Source: Ylistrum balloti
Lineage: Eukaryota
Assembly: GCF_031769215.1 (NCBI RefSeq)
Contig: NW_026782277.1
Span: forward strand, 558,001-622,000
Length of the DNA: 64,000 nucleotides
Direction of reading: 5' to 3'
Numbering within the stretch: the first letter of the stretch is position 1; each line of letters starts with the position of its first letter. Below, piece by piece: positions 18,961 to 37,721 of the stretch. The notes under the pieces were generated by a model that was given only the letters and a program-made list of their open reading frames with translations, was not told where the DNA came from and did no database searches. The translations under genes were made by a program, and so were the position numbers.

Positions 18961-21900
18961 CCTAAAATGTTTTGCAGGGTAACGAGAGATAACGATTCAC
19001 ACACCCATCACGTTGTTAGAACACACTAAGACCTTTCTGTCGTATATATTGCCATAACAAATTATATAATGTATGTATATTGAGTTCAAAGTCCAACCTA
19101 CTTCTGTTCATGTATTTTTCTAACCTTAGATAAACAACGTTGAAAACCATTTGTTTTATAATGCAAAACTCTTTTGAACGGCCATTGTTGATTGTAATAC
19201 AGAACTGCTTATGAAATTGTCCACTTTTTAAAGAACAAAACATTGCCTTCAAATGTTATATTGTGTTATGCTACATTACCACTTTTTTCAAAAATAAAAT
19301 AAGATCGCATCCCTAAAATGGACGGAGTCGTCCTGAAGGTTTCCGGATAGGTAATCAATTCTATACAAATTTTATCTCAATTCTAAAACGTACTTTTAAG
19401 AAGAAAAAAACCCCGCAATACATGTACATCTCATGGTTCTGAGATTTTGAAAGTGTTTAGTTTTATATTTACTGAAAGTTTCAAGGCATACTAAATTAAA
19501 TCCTGTTTTACATTTACATATTTAAAACTTTTCGTTGTTTTAATTTTACTGCATTAGAGCTGATTTTTTTGTTTATTTTTGTGTCGTTTTTTTTCTTCAA
19601 TCTATTTTTAATGTTCTAATTTTTCAACCCTGACGATCCATGTTTTATTGATAAGCGATTGTAATAATAAAAAAAAATATATATATGTCCTATTTTCAGG
19701 CCACAATTCAAAATGATTAGTATGACATTTGATATCATTTTACCTTGCAAGTGGTATCGAAGATTGTTCAAAACATAACAGAAAATATGACGATTCAACT
19801 TTTGCATAACTTGGTTTTATTCTTTTGCATAGGCCGAATAACTAATAAAACTGACTCAAAAATTTTCCCTCTACAGAAATATTCAGTGTAGCCAATGTCA
19901 TAAGTATGGATATTTGAATTGTGAGTTAAGAAGATTCAAATTATATTAGGCGAGATATATTGGGAAAGCTACAACGAATTACGTTTATCCAGAAAATTCA
20001 TAAACATAATATTTGGCGATTTTGATAGAATGTTGAGTAGCAGTATGAGGTCATTGTTTGAATGTAAGTTTGTTGAACATTACACAAGAGTATGGCAAAG
20101 CTCGTGAGTAGACCAAAGTCCACCAGAAGAGAGAGGTAATCCTTGTCTCTTTTAACCGATAAAACATCATCCATTACGCCTTATCTATCTTTATTGACGT
20201 TTGAAGGACATGAAACCAATAACGGACAAAAGACAGACTGTAAAAGACTAATACCAAGGTTACAGTATAGAGGACAGTTCGGTTTTATTTGTATTAAGTA
20301 AGTCATGTTTTCGGATAATGCATTGCTCAGTCACGTGGATACCTGGTTCAACTCGCATGAACACAATGTTGTACCTGCATGCAATTCAGTGCCCTAAATC
20401 ATTTAGCTGTATGTTTCTGTCATGGTCAGAGGATGTCTGTTAACACGAAAATGAAGAAACATAATCGAGAAATCTATTTAAGAAAAAGGGATTTATTTTT
20501 AACGTCGATTCAAACAAAGCAGACTGATATTGTGTAGTTCCCTAAAATTTGCGCAGGCTTTTGATATATTTGAAGTGTGACATCATGTCATATTTCCAAT
20601 GTTCATATCTGTAGGAAATAAAACCTTTTTCTAATACATGCAAAAGTGGCGATAGAATATGTTTCAGAACGCATGATATTATTACAAGATTCTTTATTAA
20701 TGTGCGATATTTCTTTCGGATTATTTAAACTTTCAACTTAACATTTCCGACTGAGTTCTTTAATCAAACGGTCTGATATAAAAATTATCTTTGTGACAAT
20801 TTATCATTCATTGCCAAACAGCACCACAGAAATAAATCAATACCTCTATCAAATAAATATTTTTGAAAAACTGAAATAGATTGATCTCAAATTTTAGTAC
20901 AAAGCTTCTGGATTTAAAATAACACAGATTATCAGTTATCCTGACTTTTCTGTATATCCCTGTATCAGTCGTTCATTTAACATCATGATTCTTGCTTCTT
21001 TGCTGTCCATACATATTACCGTTATAGAAAGGCAAATTCATCTTATTTTTTAACAGAGAATGATGTTTTTCATAAAAGAAATATGGGTCGCCAGAAAAAT
21101 AGCTCTATCATAAAATAAACAACATTTACCCTTCCTGACCCAATATGATAACGTTATCATGTCATCAAACCCAAGCAAGACGGATAATCCAGTTTGGCAG
21201 AATTTTTTCAGCAAGTCTTTACAATCCTAGAGTTCTTGTGAAATATACATTAATCTTACTGTTTCTTTCGTCACTCATTCATTGTTAGTAATTCTTAATG
21301 CGATGACGTCATGATGATTATGACGCGGTAGTTATTGTGAACGTTTTGCCCGAAGTCGCCTATTTATATCTAATATCGTATTGTTCGTCATAATGTTATT
21401 GGATACACAAAGGTATTGTACAATACATTGGAATAAAAACATACATTTGCTAAACAACTTTAACGCAGCAAGAGTGAGAATTCCTAGCAGAAGTAGTATC
21501 GTTCTTTGTGTTGGAGCAAATATCCCGAAAAGCATGATATATGTCTTGTACATGGATTAATTTCTAAGGTTTAATTGTTTTCCATAATTAACACTGAACA
21601 CATATTCTTAGTTGCTGTTATGGCTGTTTTATTAAGACAAAAACGAAAACATTAAAACTATATTCATATTGTGTTCGAGAAGAACACAAATAATTGATGT
21701 AATTTAACACATTGCTTGGCTCTACTGTGTCTAATTCTAAACTTGTATCAAAATGTGTTATGCTGTAACATCGCCTCAGTTAAACATAATGAACTTACTA
21801 AAACTGAATTTACATTTTAATGGTTTAGACATGATTTTTTTTATTTAGTGATATGGTTTTGGTATCATATGTAACATATAGAGGCTGTACTTAGCACAAT

Positions 21901-24355
21901 CATTGCTAATGTTATTGCATACATCTGTAACGTAATGGCATGCAGAGTGCATTTGAACCAATGTTGGACTCTGTTGCATCTAACTCTAAACATGCATGAA
22001 ATGTTGCTATTCACTATTGACGTTTGTAAAATCTTTGATAAGTATTCATAGGAACCAACAAAATGATATGATACACTTGCAAACATGTTCTATACGTGAA
22101 TTTCTTTCGTAAAATGGTCGGGTAAAACAATGCAATTTAAAACATATCTAAATTCATATTTAAGACAGAATCCCACTCAAATAAGCATGTTTTCATATAG
22201 ATGTGTAATCCTGAAATAATATTCTTCATCATAAATCAATGATTTACAATCATTTCTTTAATATGAAAAGAAGTAACAGCCCATGGTCGTCTTTTAAAGA
22301 TTGCATGTCTGCAAAATATCTATAAAGGAAAATCCATTTCTCTGCATCAGAATTAGTTCCTTCCAAATGGTATCTAATTCGGGTATAAGTGTCCTACAAT
22401 AAATACAAGCGTCAATGGAGGTCATTTCTTATCTCTGTTTCAACTTCACCTATATCTTAAAGATTAGTGGTGGACTTAAACTGTCAAGAATCTCAAGTAG
22501 GGAGATATGTTTATCAAAAACAAGTCTCCATATCTGCTGCGCCAGATGAACTTTCACAACAATGGGACTGATCATCCTTTTTATTAACCGTACTTGTCTT
22601 TTTTCAAACATGATTCATCCTATACAACCCACCAAAGAAAATAGAAAACAAAAATAAAAAAAATATAAATAAACGGGTGGATAAAATGTTAGCTCATATT
22701 TAATATTGACTAAGGACACCAAACGAAGACACAAAAACACTTCTTTGTTAAAGACAATCAAAGAAAAACTATAACAGAGTAAGACCACGCATTTCGAAAA
22801 ATTATTTGTACTTTTGATCTATCCAAGGAATGTTATGACACTATCGAAATGTTAACAATGCAGTCATATAAATGAACCTAATACCAAAGTACATTCATTG
22901 TCTAAACATCCTTCACTCGTTGTTGTACTGCTTTGAAAAAACTGATATTCTGTACAATGGGTGGAACAAAAGACACATACGGGAACAACATATTTTCATA
23001 ATTAAGAGTAATAGAGCCAAAAAATTAGTTAAACCGCATCATACGACTGGATCTTCCTTACAAGACTCGTCGTTGATGCTAATAGCCTAGGAGTTGACTA
23101 AGTTGACATAGGAAAATCCAAAATAATCAAAAGGAAAGTCACAGTCCAGACGGGGATAAGCAAAAGCATCATAGTTAAATAAATTTCGTCATTTTCATAT
23201 ATCAGATCATTTTAGAACAGCGTCAAGTACATGTGTATATTCTGAACCGTTTCACGCGCTAGGTAACTACATTAAATATTTTGGTTTGTAGGTCATTGCT
23301 TCGTCATTGCTTAGTGTTAAGGCATAACAACGTTGTCAACGTCCCGAGCGAAATCGGTCAAGATGAGGTAGAAATGATGTGTCTTGGATAATTCGCGTGT
23401 AAATAAATTATATGTTTTGAAAATATAACATAACAAATATTTGTGTTTAATGGCAAAATATAGAACGTGATACTGATAAGAACACTCTATCAGCATATTA
23501 AAACATACCCGCACATACCCGCACATACCCGCTGATTTTTGTCATAGTAACGATTGCTTTAATGGAACTGTACCCTTATAGTCTTCACTTTAAGTTAATG
23601 GCAAAATATAGAACATGATACTGATAAGAACACTCTATCAGCATATTAACTTCACCCTTGTATATCCTTCAATCTATCTTATTTAGAATTAATATATTCT
23701 TTAAACATTTAAGCAATCACATATAATGTATATTTTAACGAATTGTCATCAACGGAAGAACGTATCGGTCGTCAAATGATATTTTAGAAAGTATCTTTAC
23801 AATACATCAGTTTAGATTTCAAAACTCACAGCTGGCATTTCCAACGAGTTAATCTAGGTAATGAATTAATGAAATTTGATAAAATATTTATCTTGTACTA
23901 TAAAGAGTTATACCAATAATTGATAAATCAGATGTAACAAAAAATAAATAAAGAATAAAGATTATTTAAAATATTTATTTTAAGATATATTTACACTTTC
24001 TTACATATTCTTATGTTTTTTTCGCTTTTTGTATATGGACAGCACGAATTGTGTTTCACCTGTGTATATGTTACTCTTTTTCATACGATTAAAACCATTT
24101 ATTCTGGATAAAAAATATTGAATTCAGAAAGTGTGTGAGGCTGAGGTATGTTCGCGTAAATCTCTATTTGATAGAACGGAAGAGTCATAGTTGTCAAATT
24201 CTCCAAACCGATATTTGTCAGAATTAAAAGTGATTGAAAAAAACATATCATGACGCAAACAATGAATATTTTATTTCAAAAATAAAAACAAAATGAAATT
24301 TTACTAACGACATTTGGAATGAAGAAAAAAATTCAGATGATAAACTTGAGTTTTT

Positions 24356-29079
<4,724 letters not shown>

Positions 29080-29508
29080 CTATAGCATAACAAAGATATA
29101 ACAGAGGTAATAACTCTTTGTAGCATGGAAAACATAAATCATTGATAATGTGACATAGAACAAAAAGAGAAAAGGAAAAAAAACATTCGTAGAGTAGCTG
29201 AAAAAAACCCAGTCAGTATTGATTTAGCATAGCCAAGCTAATGAGTTTCCTGTAAAATCATCAATTTTTGTGGAGACTTATTTTCGTTTAAAATCTTATT
29301 CTACGAATGCTCATGAACGGAAATAATTTATTAATTCGTGTGCACCCACCTATCGAATATTCAACAGTGACGTTTGAAGAAATAAAACAACATGAAAATA
29401 GATATTTCTACAGTTAGTAAGTTTATAAAAAGTTACTTTCTAATGATCATGTAATAGCAAAATATACCTCAGTCAGTCAGGAAAGAACGTAAGGTGCAAT
29501 AATTCAAA

Positions 29509-30129
29509 TCTAGATAAGACATATCTAGAGAAGACATATTTATTGAAGGCATATCTAGAGAAGACATATCTAGAAATGACATATTATTGAAGACATATCT
29601 AGAGAAGACATATATGGAGAAGACATTTCTAGAGAAGCGTATCTAGAGAAGACATATCTAGAAATGACATATTTATTGAAGACATATCTAGAGAAGACAT
29701 ATATGGAGAAGACATTTCTAGAGAAGCGTATCTAGAGAAGACATATCTAGAAATGACATATTTATTGAAGACATGTATGGAGAAGACATTTTTAGAGAAG
29801 CGTATCTAGAGAAGACATATCTAAGTACGACATATCTAGAGAAGACATATCTAAGTACGACATATCTAGAGAAGACATATCTAAGTACGACATATCTAGA
29901 GAAGACATATCTAAGTACGACATATCTAGAGAAGACATATCTAGAGAAGACATATCTAGAGAGGACATATTTAGAGAAGACATATCTAGAGAGGACATAT
30001 TTAGAGAAGACATATCTAAGTACGACATATCTAGAGAAGACATATCTAGAGAAGACATATCTAAGTACGACATATCTAGAGAGGACATATTTAGAGAAGT
30101 AATACCTAAAGAGAACATATCTAGAGAAA
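29509..30129. repeat. 15-bp minisatellite (GAGAAGACATATCTA)n, about 41 units, in predicted intron 1 of copy C
   Basis: Directly visible, with variant units forming ~89-bp and 30-bp higher-order blocks. Confidence 0.95.
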
Positions 30130-30777
30130 TATTATCAATGATCCTCAGTGGAGACAATATTTGACCACATCAGGAAATTATTGCGAAAATTGATCATCCT
30201 TTGCCACCGTTATGTTCTAAGTAAACTATGGTCAGTTGAACTAGTTCCCTTGATTCGATAAGTCGATATGACAGCCATATCAGTTCATTTTTATGTCGTA
30301 ATAAGTAATTTTGAAATATATGGATGTCAAAAAGGGGAAAATACGTTTGTCATGTTCAGTAATGCGTTTTCGGGCTGCATTTATATCCCTGATGAACATA
30401 TATCAAGTAAATTTTCGCTAATCTTTATATAGGTTCGAGCACATATCGAGCATACACTTTACGTTATCTGACTGATTACAGAGCCACATAATATTGACCT
30501 TCGGGTCAATGTATCTCTCGGCGGATAAAAAAGTACAATGTCGTTACAACGTATAGTATAACCTTTGTATGCAATATGATCACAACTAACAGTCAACACG
30601 TGATCGATTTAATAATGTTATGTTGAAAGTTTAAATTTATATTCATTTACAACCAAATAAAAAAAAACACTTTTACTTCGAGTCAATATAATCATAATTC
30701 ATAATGTAAACTTGAATTCAATGAAACTAGGGCGAAATATGGATAAAGAAAGATTTAAGTGGAGACTCCTAAAAAAG

Positions 30778-30950
30778 TACAAGGCAAAATAAGACCAGAT
30801 GCTCTGAAAGAGTAAGCATCTTATGTTTCATCGAAGGCACCCGCCATGTAAATCTTTGTCAATCCGGGAAGTATGGTCACGTTCTCATATGAGAACAAGG
30901 TATACAAGACCGGAACCAACTAGTAAATTAGCGGGCATCAAACACGTCCA
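30778..30950 (+). repeat. Dispersed SINE-like repeat copy
   Basis: AAGTACAAGGCAAAATAAGACCAGATGCTCTGAAAGAGTAAGCATC...CATATGAGAACAAGG...GCATCAAACACGTCC. One of the most complete copies. Confidence 0.6.
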
Positions 30951-31890
30951 TTTTAATCTCGATTATGAAACATAACATTCTTTGAATGAGATCACTATGA
31001 CTTCCGTAGACCGTAATAATTTTTTCATCAACCTGTAGCTTTCGTGTTACGGGTTTGTCCGTAAGTCTATGATTTCCTGAACGAAAATCGTTATAATGGA
31101 ACAGACACTTTAATAACGAACCAACTGCGATTTGAAACCATCATATGTTATGGAAGACACAAGAATTCTGCTTTCAAGAAATGGAATATTCACAATAGGG
31201 AAGTTGAAAGATGTATAGTTTAATACATATCATTTATCCACTTGATATCGAATTGTATATTTAGATCGAATGCGATATGAAATATGCGATAAATGAAATA
31301 GTCTTCCTTGTAATCAATCCCTAGATATTGATAATTTTTACGGAATTACACTTCCAAGATGGCGACAATGACTAAATCGATCTGAACGAAATTTGATGCA
31401 TTGAATAAATCCACTAATGAAATGCATTTGAAATAAAGAAATGCGGAGACTAGAACAGCTAACATGTAATAAAAAATGAATGGTTTCCCCAAAGGTACTC
31501 TAGATACACGAGGTATCTTAATGCTTCATTAACAACAATGCGGTTTATAAAGACCAGTAAGTATAAACAGTGTGACGTCGTAAAGGAGCAGGAAAGTGAA
31601 ATATGGTCTTGTAATAGAGGTTTAACTATGTCTCTTTACAATAGCGAGAAAATATCACCGAGGTTGACAACGCATCAAATAGATCGATGTTACATTCACC
31701 AAAATCGTAATTTCGCAAAGCCGAAAAAGTAAACCAAGAATTTAAAGTCAGAAGAAGTACTGTTAAATGTACGTTACCAAAATTCACTATACATTATACA
31801 TTTCAATATGTGCATAAGTGTAAAATTCACGATCTATACATGAGAACAACGATAAAAAAAATCAGTGATATTAATCAGTACAAAATCTAC

Positions 31891-31960
31891 CTTCGTGTAA
31901 TCTTCAAGTCAGGTTCAGGTCCAGAGTGAAGTGCCGTGACTACAGAGTGCAATTTATATG
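31891..31960 (-). promoter_or_regulatory. Predicted non-coding exon 1 and TATA box of copy C
   Basis: Donor GAAG|GTAGAT at 31891/31890 and TATAAAT (minus) at 31958-31952. No CACGTG is present at the position seen in A, B and D. Confidence 0.45.
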
Positions 31961-34900
31961 CATCCATATCATTTAGTGGATACACTGTGTGGGGGTTGTT
32001 CAACACGCCATTTGCTTTTGCGAGTACGCAGTCAGGTGGAAATTACAATAATGTAACAAAATTACCTAAGAAACCAAAGTATTCATGCCAGGTTTGAATA
32101 AATTCATCAACTTGAGTAGTTGTAAGGTTCAGAAGAAAAAAAAACAATGTTGGAAATTATTGACTTAGATCGTGAGTTAAGTTTTTTTCTGATTTTCTGA
32201 TCAATTGTGATCATTAGTAACATCCTATGCTTCAAACGTAAGGCCTTTGGCATCAGGGACAAGTCCTAGAAGGTCGAAACAGCGGTATGTCTCAGCTTGA
32301 GATTTCTGTAAGATTGGAATTTTTAAAGGTATTTGTAAATGTTTGAGTCTTTTGTGCAGTCATTGTTTGAGAACAATATGACCTTTTGATGATGGTATAC
32401 TGTCCAAAATAGTACTTCAATATTTAAAACCAAATATGAAAAGGTCATCTCCACAAAGGGATTCAATTAATAATTTTGAAAATTGTTTAGTATTTTTTTT
32501 CTTGTGTGAATATCTGAGTTTTGTTTTCGATTATAGGACCATCCAAAGACATTTCTATAGTGAATCATTTTGTAATGTTATCGCAACATAACAAAAATTT
32601 TGTGTCATGATTTATTTAACAAAATGCCAGGGAATGCCTTAGAAATAAATGCAAATTATATCAAAGACTGTATGCAAAATTAAATAGAAAAAATAATGAA
32701 TACCAAAATTTTCTTCGAATGATTGCACTTATTCAATTCATACGTCAATTATCAGTTAGTGCATTGTTCATGGTGTGACATGTCATCTGTTTAAACACAT
32801 GATTGACTCGGTCCTGTGACACTTCACGGGATCTCTTCCTGTTATATCTTGTGATTTGTATCATGTTGGGATCAATTGATATGCAGATATCATTATCACA
32901 AATCAACCACAAATGTTTACAATGTGCGCTCCGATATAGATAATATCACGACGGATTGAGATATTACTTATCATTATAATCATAATACTGCAAGTCACCC
33001 GGCCAAGCCAACAATCAAATGTTGTTAAGTAATTTATGTATCAATTATGATACTGAGTATCGTTGTTTACTATTGAAAAAAACGTGTTTACTAACCAGCT
33101 AGCCTGATACACACTTTATACTTTCTAGTATGAATAATATGGCGTTGAATTATTGATGTATGTTGTAACAAATTTTCCTATCTGAGCTTGAAAAGTTTTC
33201 CTACATCACATTTTTAACTTTAGCAAAATCACAACTTCATAAAAACACTTATTATAAATAAATCGGCGATTGCCTTATATGAAGCAGAAGACCTTTACTT
33301 TGTTTTAATAATTAACATGGCAGGAACATTTAGAGTCATCTATGACTGGTTAAAAAAAGTAAAAATGTGACGTAAAATAATAAAACAAACTTTCTCCCAA
33401 TCCAGCTGGCTTCACAGTTTTAATGTATAGGGTGTATGTTTCTATATATATATATATGTTCATATGTTTGTTAAATTTAGAGACACACAAATCGTCTAAC
33501 TCTGAGAGATCAAAGTTATTAGATAAAAAAAACATAATTAATTTGCTTCTTTTAGATATTAGCTTTTACATTGGAGGCTCACTTAAACTTAAACACAGTT
33601 CTTATTAACAACAAGAAAACATAACAACATCATTTCACCCATAATTTTTGAAGCTAGGTAAATGTATGAATAAACTACAGATTCGTGCAGAGACCACTTC
33701 AAATGTACAACTTGAATAAGAACAGGTGTTCGGCAAAGGTAAGCATCTTCTGCTTCACCGACGACACCCACTGATGTAGTTACTACAGTAGCAATACCAG
33801 CTCGTTCCTGTCACTTAACACTTAAAGTTATGTTGGGATATTTTTCCTGCTGTTGAGATATTATATAAATTCTACCGATGTCTTAATGACAAATAATTGT
33901 AATTATTTTGTTTGAAAATATAATCTCTCAAAAGGGACCCTGGTAAAGTATTTTACACATGTCACAAAGTATCTGCAAATGGATTCTGATAATTTATTTT
34001 TAACATATTTGCGTCAAATGATACTACCAACCTTATCTTAACATTATAAGGATGTAATTTATTAAGTCTAATTTACCTCTTTATCATAGTATGATATCAT
34101 CATATATTAAATTTGATTTTTAAATTACATAAAAAAACCTTAACTATCAGTTTCTATCATCATTACAACTGTTCCATTTGATATCATTACTGTTAATATT
34201 TATCGATTTCCGTGATTATTTAATGTTTCTGGAGAACCTAGCTAAAACTAGGCTACAATCAAATGTCCGTGAATTGACATAAACATTGTTGTTCACATAA
34301 AAACATTTGGGTCATGTTTTCTTTTCCAATAAAATAAATTTAATTTTGAATTAAAATAATACATGGAAGAAACACCCTTGGTTCTGCAAGGGAATCAAAC
34401 ATATCTACCACCTACGATCATGTAGTGGCATGAAACAGTCCACATACTTTGGTTTTTCCGAAAACAAAAGATAAATACTAATCTAGCCTAAATTGACAAG
34501 AGAGTGCCAGATTGAGTTGTCTTTATGACAGTCAGAGAGATACAGCGGACATTTGATTCAATAAAAAGTTAGAGACAGAGGGAGCAGTGGGGTAATAACT
34601 GTACCGGACGACATTTTTACAGTTTCAATCATAGACTTTCCCTCTAGTATATAAATTGGTGTGAAATGAGATAGTGTGTATATGACAAATCGAATTCCCG
34701 TGTGTTTATCATAGATAAAAGGCATATAAATTATTTCCTGTAGTTTGTCTAAGATGCAATATTATGTGGATAACCGTATGTTAAGGAGTCCACTTGTGGT
34801 CACCTTCCTGATATGATAACACTTATTACTAGAAAGAAAACCCCACATGAAGCCTTGCCTTGTTTTTGGTCTTTCTAATAAGAATTTAGTTTATCTTAAT

Positions 34901-36763
34901 CACACCCACCAAAAGATGAAGTCTTCATATTCTGAAGCATTGTACACATCTATTATTAGCTATGATCTGATATGTAGGGGGATATAGTGTTTTATGTTGG
35001 CGATTGTTATATCCTGAAGTGATGGCTCAAATTAATGTAGATAATGCCGACACTAGACTTATCTATTTAATCGTATGATTGCTAAACGGGCATGCTGTCA
35101 ATGATGCTTTTTTATCTTTTCTTTTTTTCTCTTTTTCACAAATGCCGAAACAAAATTATAAAAAAAAACAAATAAAAGCAAAATACAAAACAACCAACCC
35201 CAAAAAGAAGGAAGAAAAACGAAAAAAAAAAAAACAAAAAAACAACAAAAAAAGACAAATGAAAAAAAAAATAATAGAAAAAAATCAATATCTCATTTTC
35301 TGATGCCAAGGACTTCATGTTTTATTTCAATATCTTTACTTTTGGCATTTTCCTTCAGTCAACAGGCAGTCCCTCAAAAATTATAAACATAATCACCTAA
35401 TGGGCGACCTGCGAGGTTTATGGTCGTCTGATTGAAATAAACTATACATGTTGTTATTAGTGTCATGTTCGTGCAGTGGTTCAGAAATATCTCTTATTAA
35501 ACCCTCATTATCCTGAAAGCATGTTTCTGTACAATTTGTTGTCAACATATGGTGTTAGTACAATTTCAAAGCTTATCATCTGTAAATAGATTGAATATAA
35601 TCACAGTAATTTGTATAAGCAATTGTACCATACCTCAAACAGAAAGGCGTAAGACTTCAATACGACAGTATAGCTCTGATAAAATCGAATAGATGATTCT
35701 GTTTATCGAAACCTAAACATCACTATCCTTATACAAAGCATGGATGATCTTACATAAGATTAGATGCATATGAAATATATGAAATATGTCTTCAATTCAT
35801 TTTTATTTCATAGAACCTCCATAATCTTGTATAAGATGGAACTAATGCAAAGGTATCTTTATCATATACAGCAGATATTTTTGTAAACATTAGAAAAAAG
35901 TATTCGAATGATGAAAAATCTAATTAAGAGATATGCTCACTGTGTATTTGTGTTTTGTGATGACAATATTCAAATGATGCAATGAAGCTATGACGTCGCA
36001 ATGGAAACAAACGGGTCTTCATCAGATGACAGCTATGCTAAGTGTGTTAACACGTGTGTAATATTACCGAAACTTACATAATGTATGCTATTACACTAAA
36101 TATAGGATCGTTAAGAGATCATCGATTTATCGTTGTCTTCTCTAAAACATCACAAATGCCTCCAACAGAGTAGTTGGTACATCTGTAGTTGTTTAGAAGA
36201 TTATAAAAAGAGACTAACGTGAATAGCATCTATCAATACAAATGTATAATTAGATACAGAACAATCAAACAATAAAGCTGCACCATTGAGCTGTTGCAAA
36301 GTTAAAAGACTCATCAGTCATGCTAAGGGCCTATGTTTTGGGAATAAGAATTGAACTAACGAGAGTTATCGTTATTGTCTTGATAAAAGTTGGAGTAACG
36401 TTTCTATAACACCTTACAATTCTTATCGCACGTATTAAAGACTTAAACGTAACAAATGATATTTTAAGTAATTAAACTATCAGATAATTTCATTATCATT
36501 TCATAATGTCAAGATTGAATACAAAATTGTAAAAAATTACAATGGTTACAGCAAATCTTACTGTTTTTGTTCTCCATAAACTACATTGGCTAATAATTGA
36601 CTATGTAATTGGTTTGACATTCCGGAAATATGAGTTCCTCCGGACGTTGATTAGGCATAATGATGTCGTACCACGATAATTTGTGTAATTCACTACATTT
36701 TAAAACGGCATACACATGCATGTCCCACTGTCATCTTTAGTGCTGTACCCAGCAGGCATCATC

Positions 36764-37687
36764 ATGGGTCTCTCCGCATACTGTGTAGTGACGTCCTTAA
36801 CTGTCTTTGTATTAAGAGGTAAGTCTTGTCATCATGACTCGAGTGATTATATATCATACACTGTCGTATTTGCAGCACTGAAAAATAATTTTTCGTCGGG
36901 CTGAATTTCCATGGCTTTTTTTTCAAAATATTTATTCCATGGACATTTGATTTAGTGGATAAATAAAAATATAAACAAATCTACTGAAGTAATATTTAAC
37001 AGATCCTCAACGAATGAATTTATACATTAAAAATATCAACGAAAGTAAAACAACAAGGACATGTAAATTCAATTGATTCTATATTCAAGGGTATATTCCC
37101 ATTATCACGATTTAGTGAAAGAACTCGTCAACAGACGGAAAACCTCGTAAAACTGGGGTTCAAAAGATGCAAGATGATGAGAATTATTCGGAAGTTTTTT
37201 GGTCGTCAAAGTGATGTTATTGAGAGAAATTGTATTTCTCTGTGCGGTGTGGAGGTAGACGTGATTCATGCTCGTTAGTTTGCCAGTTGGATATATTGTT
37301 ATACCATGTTCTTTTTTGGGAACGTGACATTACTTACTTTGATTAACCAAGACTCACATGGCGGGTGTCGTCCATGAAGCAGAAGACGCTACTCTTCCAG
37401 AACACCATGTCTTTTTACTTGTACTTTTTTCAGGAGCTTCCGAGTAAACATCATTGTATATCTTGTCCTAGGGTTTTTAATCTAGGTTTGGATTTTTGTT
37501 ATATTGACATTTTGGTATTTTTTTAGATGTTTCATACACTACACAATTTAATCGTGTTTCGTTTATGGGGATTCATTAACTTATACTGTTAAGTTATCCA
37601 TTAAAATACTATCATAAAACAACATAAGATTCTTCATTTAATTACAGAAATGAAGATAGGTCGTGATATCAGTATGCTTTGGCCTAG

Positions 37688-37721
<34 letters not shown>

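Noticed and set aside
29773-30157. Two overlapping repetitive ORFs (LEKTY / SSLDM repeats)
   Set aside because: They result from a stop-free 15-bp minisatellite read on both strands. There is no evidence of a real protein.
35079-35318. Lys-rich and Phe-rich ORFs
   Set aside because: They are translations of an A-rich low-complexity tract.
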